Assembly: GCF_006345805.1 (NCBI RefSeq)
Contig: NC_043020.1
Location: forward strand, 20,584,001-20,648,000
DNA length: 64,000 nucleotides
Source: Octopus sinensis
Lineage: Eukaryota
Reading direction: 5' to 3'
The translations under genes were made by a program, and so were the position numbers. This document shows, piece after piece, positions 12,801 through 24,995 of the stretch (position 1 is the first letter of the stretch; the number at the start of each line of letters is the position of its first letter). The notes beneath the pieces were generated by a model. The model had not been told where the DNA came from and ran no database searches. It worked only from the letters and a program-made list of their open reading frames with translations.

Positions 12801-13989
12801 TACTGATAATCTAACAATTCTGACAATTCACTACCATACTGACCCTGGAGATAAGACAACATTGATCTTGGCAGGAATTGAATTCAAAGTGCAGTGAGCC
12901 AGAACAAATATGACAAAGTGTTTTGTCTTATACTCTAACAACTATGCTAATTTATTACTTATGAAGGAGTTCTCTGCTAAGACTATTGCTTTGCAATATG
13001 GTCATGCAGGTTTTCAGTAAAAACCAATAATCTGGGTAAAATACTTAACTACACTCCCATATAATGGGAGTGAGATGCCAAGCAACATTCCCTATATCAG
13101 GCTGGTATACTTCCCAGAGGAAGATTTGACTCTCATCTACTGAACTTCTGAAGACATTAAGTAATTCTTCTGGGTTACTGAAGACATATTTTTAAATATA
13201 ATAGCATTGGTTGTCCTTTGGTTTCTGTTCTAGATTGAACCAATACATAAGCCTCAGGTCAACCCTGATGGAGTTGGCATATTTACACCCAACAGCCATT
13301 TCAAAATGGTATACCAAGGACAACATTAACTAATACAATCTTTTATTAGACAGTAAGATAATTTGATGAAGATTTGGCTTCTAGTTTTAGGTGTACACTT
13401 TCCTTGCTGTCCACTAGCTACATTACCTTGTACTTATACATTCCAGGTGTGAAAGCACCTCTAGTCACTTGAAACCTACAAAGCCATTAGCTTTGACAAT
13501 ATCTCTTTCATTAAACAAGGACATTCCAGTCCTGACCATCCCATCTTTTATTTAGACCTAAGATTACATTAACCAGTGTGTCCTTTATTTTTCAAGATAG
13601 TAAGATATCCTTTGGTGAAGTTTTGGCTGCAATTTCTAGCAAATTGAGTAACCACATTGAAGATCCATTCTTAAGTATTAATAGCAGCAGTTATCTATTG
13701 AAAGAGATTTTCATCAGATCATCTCTTGTTTTCATGTCAACCATTTTAATTTACTTTTATGTTTATTGTTTATCTTTTAAAAATAGATGAAACATAACTA
13801 GAAGCCATAGCTTAGTAATCTGCATCGTTAGCTTATTAATCTAAATCTAAACATAATTAAGAGAAGGAAAAAGAAATGCCAGTGGATTAACTTGAGAACT
13901 TGCTGTGACTTTAGTTAAGCCTCATTGTGAAGAATTGCCAATAATCTATTGACTTTTGTTTCGGCAGTAACACAACAAGAGAATGTTTG

Positions 13990-15050
13990 TGAATAATTTC
14001 TGGAATGTTGTTGCTGTTATCTTCTCAAAGTTATCTCTTTCTACTCCACCAACTACATTACCATGCATATATACATTCCAGGTGTGAAAGCACCTATGGC
14101 CATACGAAACAAACAAAGCTATTGGTCTTGACAATGTTCTTTTCATTACCCAAACATAATGTAAACAAGAGCTAGCCACCTTTATCCCCACTAAACTCCC
14201 TCCGGCCTCTCTGTCTATCTACCTTTAGATATACTCTGATCTTTAAAAACACACCACGGTAGGTCCCATTGCCAAGGCAACTCTGTCAACTATCTTCCTT
14301 TTGCAATCACTTCCATCATCTCAAAAGTGATGGAGACAGCCATCAGCAAAAATAATTTCCAATACCTTGAACCTCTCTCCCTCTTTAATGACCACCAATA
14401 TGGCTTTCTTAAAGCCAGATTTATTAGAGACCTGCCCTTGTATGTCACTCACCAGTGAGCTCTTATCCATAAGAAACTTGATGAAAGCAATGTTGTTGCT
14501 CTTGACATTAGCAAAGATTTCAACCATGTCTGGTACATGAATCTCCAGATAAAACCAGTCACCTATGGTCTCTTACTGTTTATCATCTCTTGGGATTGGT
14601 GGCTTCCTAATTTTGCCGTTGTGGTTTGTACTGACCCATAACTAGCTAGCCTTCCTCTTCAGAGCCTGAAAGTTCTTCAGCCTCCTAACAACTACTAACC
14701 CTCTTCAGGGCTCAAGTGGGACTCAATGTCTAGGATGGAACTGCTACTGCACACAAAGACAACTTAGACTGCATTCAAAGAAAGGTTATTCAAGTGATTA
14801 ATATTAAGTCACTTACCAACATACTCCAACCTCTATCTGCTTTCCTTATCTTAACTACAGTGGCCTCTACTCCTTAGAGCTGGCTAGTCTTAAGTCACCT
14901 CTACACAGGTACTTCCAACTCATTCTCCTCTCTTCTTTTTATCACCTATATTGTATCATTCACACCCCAACATCATTCTTTATTCCTCAATATCATCCAA
15001 CTAGAATTCACTCTCCTGTTCAAGAGGAACATAAACTTTGATCTCACACA
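13990..15050 (+). mobile_element. Jockey/L2-like LINE reverse transcriptase remnant
   Basis: 14360-14540 translates as FNDHQYGFLKARFIRDLPLYVTHQ*...ESNVVALDISKDFNHVWY (SDxQYGFR...VALDISKAFDRVWH motif). Upstream KAIGLDNV, downstream SFFIPQ-like C-terminus. Confidence 0.7.
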
Positions 15051-16073
15051 TGGAGGATCTGTAAATGTCACAGTCTCAAAGAATAATGGTACAAACTGTT
15101 CCACATTGAACCAATATATAATCCCCAGGTTAACACTGATAGAGTAAGCATATTTACACCCAAAAGCCATTCTAAAATGGTATATCTTGGACAAAATTAT
15201 CTAATATAATCTTTTATTAGACAGTAGGATGATTCGAGGAAGATTTGGCTTCTACTTCTAGAAGGTTGACCAATTATGTAGAGGTTCCCTGATTGGCTGG
15301 GGTTTTAGGAATGCTGTAATACTCTGTGGCAGTCATTACAAATTATGTTGATATTAATTAATTTATAAATCACAGTCAGGAAGCGGGGTCAATTTTAACA
15401 AACCACCCTTCCCCAAATTTAATACTGAGTCATTTTTAATTATAAAGCAAGTTGAAAATGGACATTAATTAGCAATATTTTGACAGCAATTATAAAATTA
15501 CAAGCTTTCATCACATAACATCTTCATGGACAATTTAGACTTTTAGCATCTCACACTTGCAATACCTCCATATTCCAGTTAAAAATAAAACATTCTAGCT
15601 TACTCTAGAAGGCCTAATTACAGGCAACAAAAGACATGGAAGGGAATTAACAGACTATATAATATTAATTTTGCTATTAATAAATTGGATGGGGAAACAG
15701 ATTCTTTGACTTTTGTATTCCAACTAATCCCAGACTAGTAACACTGATAATTAGAACTTTGAAATTCTGTAGATTGACGTTTTTGAAGGGTAAAAATGCA
15801 AGCAAAGAAGAAATTCCACCAGAATGTAGTCTGAAAAGAACTGACTGAACGATTTAGTAAAGTGTTTAGTGTGCAGGTCTAGGAAATGAGTCAATAAGGA
15901 TGAAGAAAGAAATGTAGATGGATTAAGCTTGGATGGAGCTGGTTTTCTAAACTGTAGGCTCACAGGAGCAGAGACTTTTGTAATAGAGGTAGAAGAGGCA
16001 GGAAAAAAGAAAAAAAAGTACATCTGAGCCAGTGGTTTTAGCATATGAGTTTTTGATATGCAGAAGTTCACAT

Positions 16074-16444
16074 AGGCACAGGTGTGGCTGTGTAATACGA
16101 AGCTTGCTTCCCAACCACATGATTCTGGGTTCAGTCCCACTGCATGGCACCTTGGGCAAGTATCTGCTATTATAGCCTCGGGCCAATGAAAGCATTATGA
16201 GTGGATTGAGTTGATGGAAACTGAAAGAAACCCATCGTGTGTGTGTGTTTGCATCTGTGCTTGTTTCCCCGTCAACTGTTGTTGGTGTGTTTACATACCT
16301 GTAACTTAGCAGTACAGCAAAAGAAACCAATGGAATAAGTACCAGGCTTAAAAAATAAGTCCTGGAGTTGATTTGTTCAACTAAAACCCTTCAAGGTGGT
16401 GCTCCAGCATTGCTGCAGTCAACTAACTGAAACAAGTAAAAGAA
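16074..16444 (+). mobile_element. SINE family A, full-length copy
   Basis: GGCACAGGTGTGGCTGTG head, GGGTTCAGTCCC, internal TG repeat, tail GAAACAAGTAAAAGAA. Confidence 0.9.
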
Positions 16445-16560
16445 CCACAAATCTTTGGTTCCAAGTTCTTAATCATGTCTTTTACCATAGCCTTGAGTCA
16501 ACTCAAGCCTTGTGAGTGAAGAAAGATGAGAAACTCTATGGAAGCCCACTGAATGAACTG

Positions 16561-17660
16561 TACGAGGTGATATCAAAAAGTCCCCAGACTAGTTATGTTT
16601 AATAAAAAATAGCTTATTTACCCAAGTTTTAACATCATCTCCTTCGAAATAGTCACCTTGCACTGATCCCAGCGTTCCTGCCACTTTTGGAATCCAGCCT
16701 TGAAGTCATTTTCCGTAAGCAAGTTGAGGACCATCTGCGATTCACTCTGGATCTCAACAACTATGTTAAAAAAGCAATCTTTGAGCTGCCTTTTCATCTT
16801 GGGGAAGGGATGGAAATCAGCAGGTGAAGAAACAGTACCATGTTGTTTTTGACAAGAAACTCACAAGTGAGGAATGTTCAGTGACAGGATGCATTGTTGT
16901 CGTGAAGAATCCAATTCTTCACACTCGACAGATCTGGTCGCTTTTGCTGAATATCTTCCCTCAAACACTTCAAAACGTTGCAGTAGAACACTCAATTGAT
17001 GGTCTGGCCCTGGAGGAAGAATTCTCAATGCACAATACCATAGACATAAAAAAAACTGATGAGCATGCTCTTGATTGAGCTGCAGCTCTGTTGTGCCTTC
17101 TTTGGTCATGGAGATGAAGGGCTTTTCCATTGTGATGACTGCTGCTTCATCTCAGGGTCATCACCAGTGATGATCCTCGACCTGAAGGATGGGCCTTCAG
17201 CAGCATGCTGATGGAGGTCTTGACGGACTTCAATGTAATGTTCTTTCTGCTCAGTGGTCAGCAGGTGGGGGACAAAATTGACAAACACAAGCCACATGCT
17301 CAATTCAGGTGTTAGGATTGCCTGCATGGACCCATACAACAGACCAACAGCATTAACAATGTCATTGATTATTCTCTGACACTTCTCATGCACAAGCAAA
17401 TGAATGGTTTCCACATTGTAGCAGGTCTTCCAGATCGCTCCTTGTCTTCCAGGGACATTATCGTGCTTTTGAAACACCCATACCACTCAAAACATTACAT
17501 ATAACTCATTCCCTCATCGCTGTAAGCTTGCTGAAGCATGCTTAATGTCTCTATAACAGACTTCCCAAATTTAATGCAAAATTTCATGAAGGCTCTTTCA
17601 CAGCAATGTCACTTGGCACACTACTTCATGGAGGTACATATGTCTGTGAGATACTCAGTC
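16561..17660 (-). mobile_element. Mariner transposon remnant
   Basis: TA|CGAGGTGATATCAAAAAGTCCCCAGACT terminal sequence at 16561. Minus-strand FVPHLLTTEQKEH, SRIITGDD, EFFLQGQTIN, KNWILHHDNAS and QKWQERW. Many stops. Confidence 0.85.
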
Positions 17661-17852
17661 ACCTCACACAGTTATTCATTGAGTAGCTTATTTAGTTGAT
17701 CAAACAATTAAATCGTCAAAACTGACAAAGTATCTATTCAGTTTAATACCTGGTGTTCTCTGCACTACGTAAGCTGTTTATTAAATTATTATTTTAGTGG
17801 TGTAGCCCAATTTATGATGAGTTTTGATACTAACTCCCGATAATGGTAATAC

Positions 17853-18140
17853 TTAAAACATTGATAATGACGATGACAGTGAGGAGGAGGAGGACAGCCT
17901 CACATTATTTATGGAAGCAACAACAGCAAGCCTGGAAACAATTAACACACATACAAAGATCTTTACAAGTATAACAACGACCCTTATGAGGTAAATTGTC
18001 CTGGTAATGGTGACCACGACAATAATGACAACGATTATGATAATTTTGAAAAAGGCAATTACGCCAATGATAATTAGGACAATTACAATGTTAAAAGCAG
18101 GACCAACAACAACCATGACAACTTAGACCAATGATGAGAC
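17853..18140. repeat. Decayed trinucleotide (RAY) low-complexity tract
   Basis: Runs of GAT/GAC/AAT/AAC triplets; the plus frame is N/D-rich with stops. Confidence 0.6.
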
Positions 18141-18240
18141 TGCTGATAGGACATTGATGTCTTGCAAACTTTTTCATAGAGTCTATTCTTTCTGTACAGA
18201 AGGATTGTAGACCTCATTGCTATATTTGTATCCATAACAT

Positions 18241-18640
18241 AGGTGTGGCTGTGTGGTTAAGAAGCTAGTTTTCCAGCCATGAAGTCTTGGGTTCAATCCC
18301 ACTGTATAACACCTTGGACAAATGTCTTCTATAACAGCCTCAGGCCAACCAAGACATCTTGAATAGATTTGGTAGACAGAAACTGAAAGAAGCTTATCAT
18401 GTGTGTGTGTGTGTGTGTACACATACACACATAAGTATATCTATGCATGTGTCTGCATAAGTGCTTGTCCTCCACCATTGCTTGACAACTGGTGTTGGTT
18501 TGTTTACACCCTCATAACTAAGTGGTTTAGTGAAAGAAACTAATAGAATAAGTACAGGGGTTGATTTGTTTAACTAAAACACTTCAAGACAGTGTGCTAG
18601 CATAGATGCAGTCCAATGACTGAAACAAGTAAAAGAGAAA
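18241..18640 (+). mobile_element. SINE family A, diverged copy
   Basis: AGGTGTGGCTGTGTGGTTAAG head, GGGTTCAATCCC, tail TGACTGAAACAAGTAAAAG. Confidence 0.85.
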
Positions 18641-19571
18641 AAATATGTATGTGCATTTGTGTGTAGCCTTGTCTTGATATCATGTAAAGGTTGTAAATAA
18701 GTGTCACATACAGATAATGTTGTTCATTTCTGGTCTTCTGTGAAAAACAAGTCTGGCCATGGGAAACGCTGTATTTCCAGGAAATACATGCCAACAGGAA
18801 GAGCATCAGGCCATAGAAAATCTGCCTCAACAACTTCTTTCTGACCCATGCAGGCATGGAAAAGTAGATGTTAAATGATGATGACTACAATAAGAGCAGC
18901 CTCCATTTCACATAAAACATCAATTTTAATTTCTTACACACTTCAGCTGTTGTTCAGCCCCTAGTCACATTTGACCAAGCACACATATATTAAAGGCATT
19001 TCAACCATTTTTATTTCAAATATTGTGTAACAATGACTATAATATTCCAAATGCTTTTATCTTTTGAGCACAGTGCAGTTGATATGGAGTAGATTCAACA
19101 GTTATTTTTAACAGATTGAGCTTCCATGCAGGAAACTCATAATGTAGGTCCATAATTACTAGAACTACCTTACAATATCCAATAGTTCACACTTGAGGTT
19201 ATGTGATTTATATATATATATATATATATATAAGGTTAGTTGAGTTATTGGTTAAAAAATCCATCTAAGTGATAGAAGTATACATTACACTAAAAAATGA
19301 ATTCTGGGTAAGAAAATGGATTAAAATTTTCATTTCAGCATAGATTCTGAGATGGAAGTAGAGAGATATGGTGGAGTGAACATTAAGTAGGCTTGATTTG
19401 GGAGTTTTGAGAGAGGGGGAGAAAGAGAGAGAGAGAGAGAGAGTATGTGTGCGTGCATGCGTGTGTGCTCGCATGTGTGTGTGTGTGTGTGAAGAAGTCA
19501 ATACAAGATCCCAACAAGCTGAGTTAGGTACAGGTTCCCCTCCTGCTTGAGTCATTTCCTTCTTCACTTAC

Positions 19572-19651
19572 TCCTTGCACAACTGAATTTGTAACAGTGG
19601 CCAACAATAAGCAAACAGAATAAAAGAGATGGATTTTACTAGGCTGATTTG
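19572..19651 (-). CDS. Candidate host-gene exon (unidentified protein)
   Basis: Acceptor tttattttcacag and donor GGA|gtaagtg, 80 nt. Frame CA|NQPSKIHLFYSVCLLLATVTNSVVQG is open and phase-compatible with the candidate at 20534-20628. No homology recognised. Confidence 0.3.
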
Positions 19652-20250
19652 CTGTGAAAATAAACTGTACACAATGACAAAACCATCTGTAGGAATCTCA
19701 CCAGCCAATAAAGATTAGAGCAGAGAGGGGGGAGAAAGACAGAGAGAAACAGTCATACAGATTTTCAGAAAGAAGTTGGTTTCCAGAGATAACATTTAAT
19801 AAATGATCAGAAACAATAGAAAAATAATTCAAAAGTTCAGTTATAACAAAAATATTTACTGAAATAGTACTATTACCTTTTTTGATGAAAAATTTATAAG
19901 GAAGTAGAATAAGTAAAAAAAAAAAAAAAATGAAAATGCTCCAAAATTGCTTGCAGTACTTTCCAAAAGATTAGCTCACTTTCCCTAAAGGGAGATAATC
20001 ACAGCTATTTGTTAAAATATCCAAAACCTGCAAAAGAAAAAAAAAATAATAAGGAAAATGAAATAAAAAAGATACAAAAATATAAATTTAAATATAATAT
20101 ACAAGTTATACATTTCAGTATTTCAGAGTCTGAATAGAGTAAAGAAATTAAACTATTACTATTGTTTGTTGTTGATATCTGAGTAGACATGAACTATACA
20201 CAAACAGACACACAGATGTTTAGTTAAACAAAACAAATCACTTGGAACAC

Positions 20251-20345
20251 TTGACCCTTTAGCACTCAGCTTATTCTGGTAAATATAATGCATATTTATT
20301 CACATTGTTTTGAATTAATCACATTATCTTGTGATTTGAAGATTT
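20251..20345 (+). mobile_element. piggyBac-like MITE, left fragment
   Basis: TTGA-CCCTTTAGCAC resembles the reverse complement of the right end AAATGCTAAAGAG-TTAA at 39222-39238. It shares the internal TATTTATTCACATTG.TTTGA..TAATCA with 39030-39238. Confidence 0.55.
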
Positions 20346-20533
20346 CTGAAACAAGTTAAACTTATACTCAAATCTTTTGTGTATGCAAGTAACTACAGAC
20401 AACAAGCAAAATGTTTTCTGATCAAAATAAGTAAAACGTAGAATAAAAAACAAGGTACCCGATGAGACACATCTTCACCGATGATGCACCACAATTGTTT
20501 GTATAGCATCTCACTCGTGAGCCACTGACTTAC

Positions 20534-20628
20534 AGTGGGTTGAAATGATCGTAATGATCAGTAAAGAATATTGTGAATTCCATTTTCTGTCTCGTATTTT
20601 ATAAGCTCCATGTACACAAAAAGAATTT
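20534..20628 (-). CDS. Candidate host-gene exon (unidentified protein)
   Basis: Acceptor atttacttcag and donor ACT|gtaagtc, 95 nt. The only open frame is A|NSFCVHGAYKIRDRKWNSQYSLLIITIISTH|T. Confidence 0.28.
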
Positions 20629-20659
20629 CTGAAGTAAATCCAGTGCCATTTAAATCCCT

Positions 20660-23044
20660 GTACACATACAACATTAACAGTGAAGCCAAATAATTCGCCA
20701 ACAGCCTTGGTATAGCCAACAGGGTAGAAATATATTAGCCAAGAGGAATGGCTTCATCACAATTAAAGACAATAAACTGAACTTTGCCTCTAACCCAAAA
20801 TGTCGACTGATCAACTCAGCCAAATCCAAGATTAGTCTGATGAGAAAATATATACTAAGCAAGATCAATGACAACATAAGGAGAGCCTCCAACCTCTCCT
20901 TATGGTACAGCACCAACAAGGTGTTTTCATGGTTTAATGCCAATCAGGGGAGTGGTAGAGCAGGTTCACCCAATTCAACATAGGCAACTTTTACCTGTCT
21001 ATATTAAAAGGGTTACTGATCAAGGCATTTTCCTTTGCAAGGGGCTTCACTGACATTAATGATAGAGACATAGACATCATCATGCATGCCAGGAAAATGG
21101 TGCTGTTTAATAAAGGTTCAACCTGGGTCAAACAATCCGACTCCAGGGGTTCCTTCAATGTGGCAATGGGAGCCTATGATATCGCTAACATTTGTGACTT
21201 CATTGGACAATACATCCCTGACATTTTATGGAAGAAGTTATCTTCTGTCCTCTTTTTGCCTCTACAGAGATGATGTTCTGGTCGTCTCTAGAAAAGCCAA
21301 TGGGCACACCCTTGATAAACTCAGAAAGGACCTGACTAGCACCCTAGGCTCCATGAGACTCAAAATTACAAATGAGATCAACCTCACCATCATAAACCTC
21401 CTAGACATCACACTAGACTTGGGAGGCTGTTGTACATCAACACAGCCTCCTGCCACCTACCTGTTCAGGAACCTAGTGAAGGGTGTCAGCAAGAGGATAT
21501 CAAATCTGACTTTGAATCAAAAAAATTTCAATACCACAGCTCCCTATTACAATGAGGCCCTGGCATCCAGTGGGTTTAAAGACCACATCTATATGTTGTG
21601 CCCTAGCACCTGCAAAAGGAAGCACTGCCTGAATGTCATTTGGTTTGCTCCACCCTTCTCACTCAACGTCAAGACTTGTGTGTGAGAAGAATATTCTTCT
21701 AGTTAGTAGACAAGCACTTCACACAGACACACATGCATGGACATCTGCTCAATAGACACAACCTAAATGTCTCCTTTAGCTCCCTTCCCAACATAAAAAG
21801 AATATTGGCAAATACCCATAAAATGTGAGCAGAGGCCAGTTGCTCATGCAGGGAGTACAATAACAGCCCAGTGGGGGAGGGGGAGGCAAAGTGAGGTTAA
21901 GGGAGTCATATATGAAAACATACATGACATACGCATATATATTTATATACACGTGTGTGTGTATCCAGCAGAGTAATAAATAGCAGTGGCTCATCTAACA
22001 ACACTGACGATGACAATGGTAATAGTGGAGACAGCACCAACAATGACCACAGCACAAGTGTTACAGCTGGAGATGACTATCATGCCAACACCAGCACTAC
22101 TAGCGGAGCTACCAGTCTTATACCCAGAACACCATCAGCAACACCAACACTATTGTTGTTGGTGACTACTGCAATGGCAACAACAACAATGGTATCGGTG
22201 GACCCACGCCCTGTAATAACAGCGCCAATGACTGCTCCAACAACAGCAGTGGCAACAACAAAATCTTCAGGTCCAGAGCCAATGGAAGATATACCAGAGG
22301 CACTCAACCAGCACTCAAGTTTGGAGAAAAACTAGGTTGGCTCCAGAACCGCCTTCAAGTGGCACCTGTACAACCACAGGTCTTCTTAGGGTTCCGGAAA
22401 GACATTACACCACATCCCTGGCCAACCATGTGTGGTACCTTAATGATGAAGAAACTCCATATGAAATTAAATGGAGGATCATAGAGCAACAGGGGTCCTA
22501 TATAAACAGGAGCAGATGATGCAAACTTTGCATAGCAGAGCAGGCAAGGATCCTTAAAGACTCGCTGGACCCAGAGTTTCTCTTAAACTCAAGACATGAA
22601 ATCTATAACCCTACCCTACCCCCATTTCAAATGCTACCTGCTGCATGTATGGGATTACCCATTCATAGATTAAGACTGTAAAAAGTGTTTGTGGACTGGA
22701 ACCAACCTAAGGGTGGAGATTCCCCATTTGCTTTATAAATCCATAAGATTTGCTGACCAGACCAGTCTAACGGTGATAACCCATCCCATTTAATATACAC
22801 TTAGACTGTGTATATTATTCTTTTGTTTACAAATTAACTGACTGTAATGGTTTTCTACCTCCAGTTTGAAGAGAGTTTATATGCCCGTGGCCATTAGAGT
22901 CTGATGAGTCATCTATAAAGCTAAGCATTTTATGGATATGAAACCAATCATCACTCTATGACTGGACATATATTTAACTTCATGGAAATGCATTACTGCT
23001 CTAACTTTTACAGTGTGTTTCTTTTTCAGATATATGATCCACTG

Positions 23045-23045
<1 letters not shown>
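20660..23045 (+). mobile_element. Penelope-like element (RT plus C-terminal GIY-YIG), degenerate, with 3' UTR
   Basis: CRLINSAKSKIS, IIMHARKMVLF, MGAYDIANICDFIG (MGSYDGAE), LYRDDVL, INLLDITLDL, YYNEALASSGF, NVIWFAPPFSLNVKT, CSCR and KN*VGSRTAFK...YEIKWRII...CKLCIAE. These motifs follow the order typical of Neptune-like PLEs. Confidence 0.92.
22895..22958 (+). ncRNA. Type I hammerhead ribozyme motif (probably decayed) at the PLE 3' end
   Basis: Stem I TAGAGT(22895-22900)/ACTCTA(22953-22958). Core CTGATGA at 22901-22907. Stem II ATCTATAAA/TTTATGGAT. GAAA at 22940-22943. Cleavage triplet ATC at 22950-22952. Departures from canonical are CpG-decay-type changes. Confidence 0.65.
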
Positions 23046-23046
<1 letters not shown>

Positions 23047-23090
<44 letters not shown>

Positions 23091-23310
23091 AACACATACA
23101 TGATATATATATATATATACAAACACACACATGTATACATACATATATATACATACACACATATACTTACACATAGATATATATATATGCTTACACACAG
23201 ATATATATGAAAACATATATAACATACACATATATATTGATATACATGAGTGTGTACATACTTTCATGCATGTATTTTATGTATATAAGTATATACATAT
23301 GCATGTATGT
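23047..23310. repeat. Compound TA/CA/TATG microsatellite
   Basis: Directly visible. Confidence 0.95.
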
Positions 23311-23959
23311 TCATGCTTTACTTCGTAAATTCCTATTATTTTTTTAATGGAGTGGTACTTCTCGGACAATATGTGTGCACACACACTTGCATCTTGACAC
23401 ACAAGCTTCAATAAAAATATATGAAAATAATATCACTTTCTCAATGTAGTTTGAAAAATACAATTTTCCAACAATTGCAAACAAATATAAACATCTATAT
23501 TTGGAAATACAAAATTAAATTTCAAATTGAATTTTCTGTTTCTTTGTTGTTAAACATCAATTATATTCATGTTAAGAGTATGTGAGGTGAATTTTGAAAG
23601 TTTTATATAAACGTCTTAATAACTTGCAAAGTAAAAAATATTAAATTAGTAATATACATAATTACTTTATTGTGGCTAATCTAATTAAATTCTGTAACTT
23701 TGAAAACCTCATTAAAAGCATAAAGAGAAAAAGGGATTTGTATGTATGTGAAATGAATCAAGTTGTTTATACTGTTTTTCTCAAAATATTCTTGAAATGA
23801 AATTGCTATGCGTGTAAGTTTGAATATATTTTATGCACACACACACACACAGAAACTGTTATACCAACATGTATATTTATATGTACATTATTCGCATTGT
23901 ATATACCTCTTTAAGTATATGCATACACATAACAGATATACGTATTTAGACACACACAC

Positions 23960-24540
23960 ATCATCATCATTGTTTTAATGTCCACTTTTCTAAGCTTGCA
24001 TGGGTTACATGGAATTTGTTGAGGCAGATTTTCTTTGCCAACCATCACCTGTTTCAAGGAAGGTTACATTTCCCCATGTCCAGGTACTATCTTCACAGAA
24101 TATTGGAAACAAAGGATACTGATTGCATTACGGTGATGTCAGGGTAAGATGATAATACACCTGTATATACATACATCATCATCATCATTTAACGCCTGCC
24201 TTCTATGCTGGCATGGGTTGGACAGTTTGACAGGAGCTGACCAGGAAGAAGACTACCCCTAGCTACTGTGTCCATTTTGGCAGGGTTTTTACAGCTGGAT
24301 GCCCTTCCTAACACCAAACACCCCCACAGAGTGGACGGAGTGCTTTTAATGTGATACAAGTACAGGTGAGGTTAGTTTTGGCATGGTTTTTACATATGGA
24401 TACCCTTCCAAATGCCAACTACTTCATAATGTGGACTGGATGCTTTTTACATGGTAGCAGCACCAGCAAGGTCACCAAGTACCTTGCAAGACAAGAAATT
24501 TTGAGATGGGAGGGGGCACGAGAGGAGGTTATTTTGTGTC
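23960..24540 (-). mobile_element. Two RTE 3' tail fragments
   Basis: CATCATCATTTAACGCCTGCCTTCTATGCTGGCATGGGTTGGAC...CAGCTGGATGCCCTTCCTAAC is the reverse complement of the RTE 3' end with its (TGA)n tail. Confidence 0.8.
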
Positions 24541-24995
24541 AGATGATGCAAGATTAAAGTGTGACAGAGAGGCAGAAACAGGTGTCTTATCATTACCATA
24601 GAGGAGGTACATGGTTAGAGAGAGAGATGGTGGAGAGAAAGACTGAGAGAGAGAGAGAAATTAAATAAATGACAAAAGAATAAGAAATTGTCATGAACTT
24701 CATTAGCATCTGCTGTAAGATGCAATACATTCATAGTTGAGTGCTTGTGCATGACCCTATAGCTTCATTGGAGCTTCAAAAATGAAGTGCACTCAGCTAT
24801 GAGTGAATTGCATCTTATAGCAGAAACAGCTGTTAACTAAATAAGTCAATGACATAATTTCTGATTCCCCTGTCGTTTATTTAATTTCTTATGACTGTTC
24901 TGTAATTGACTGATGCTTTGTTTTGAAGCATATGCATATTGAGTTCTAACACCAGGTTATTAATAACACTATGCCTAAATGAAATAATAATAATT

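Noticed and set aside
20534-20585. Peptide MEFTIFFTDHYDHFNP resembling the S28 peptidase motif (F.Q.LDHFNP)
   Set aside because: An in-frame stop lies upstream in the same exon, the next candidate exon gives a stop, and no other S28 motifs were found.
22080-22307. Hydrophobic minus-strand ORF (VVATAVVGAVIG...) resembling a membrane protein; likewise 17853-18116
   Set aside because: Antisense reading of AAC/ACA-rich triplet tracts automatically gives V/L/I-rich peptides.
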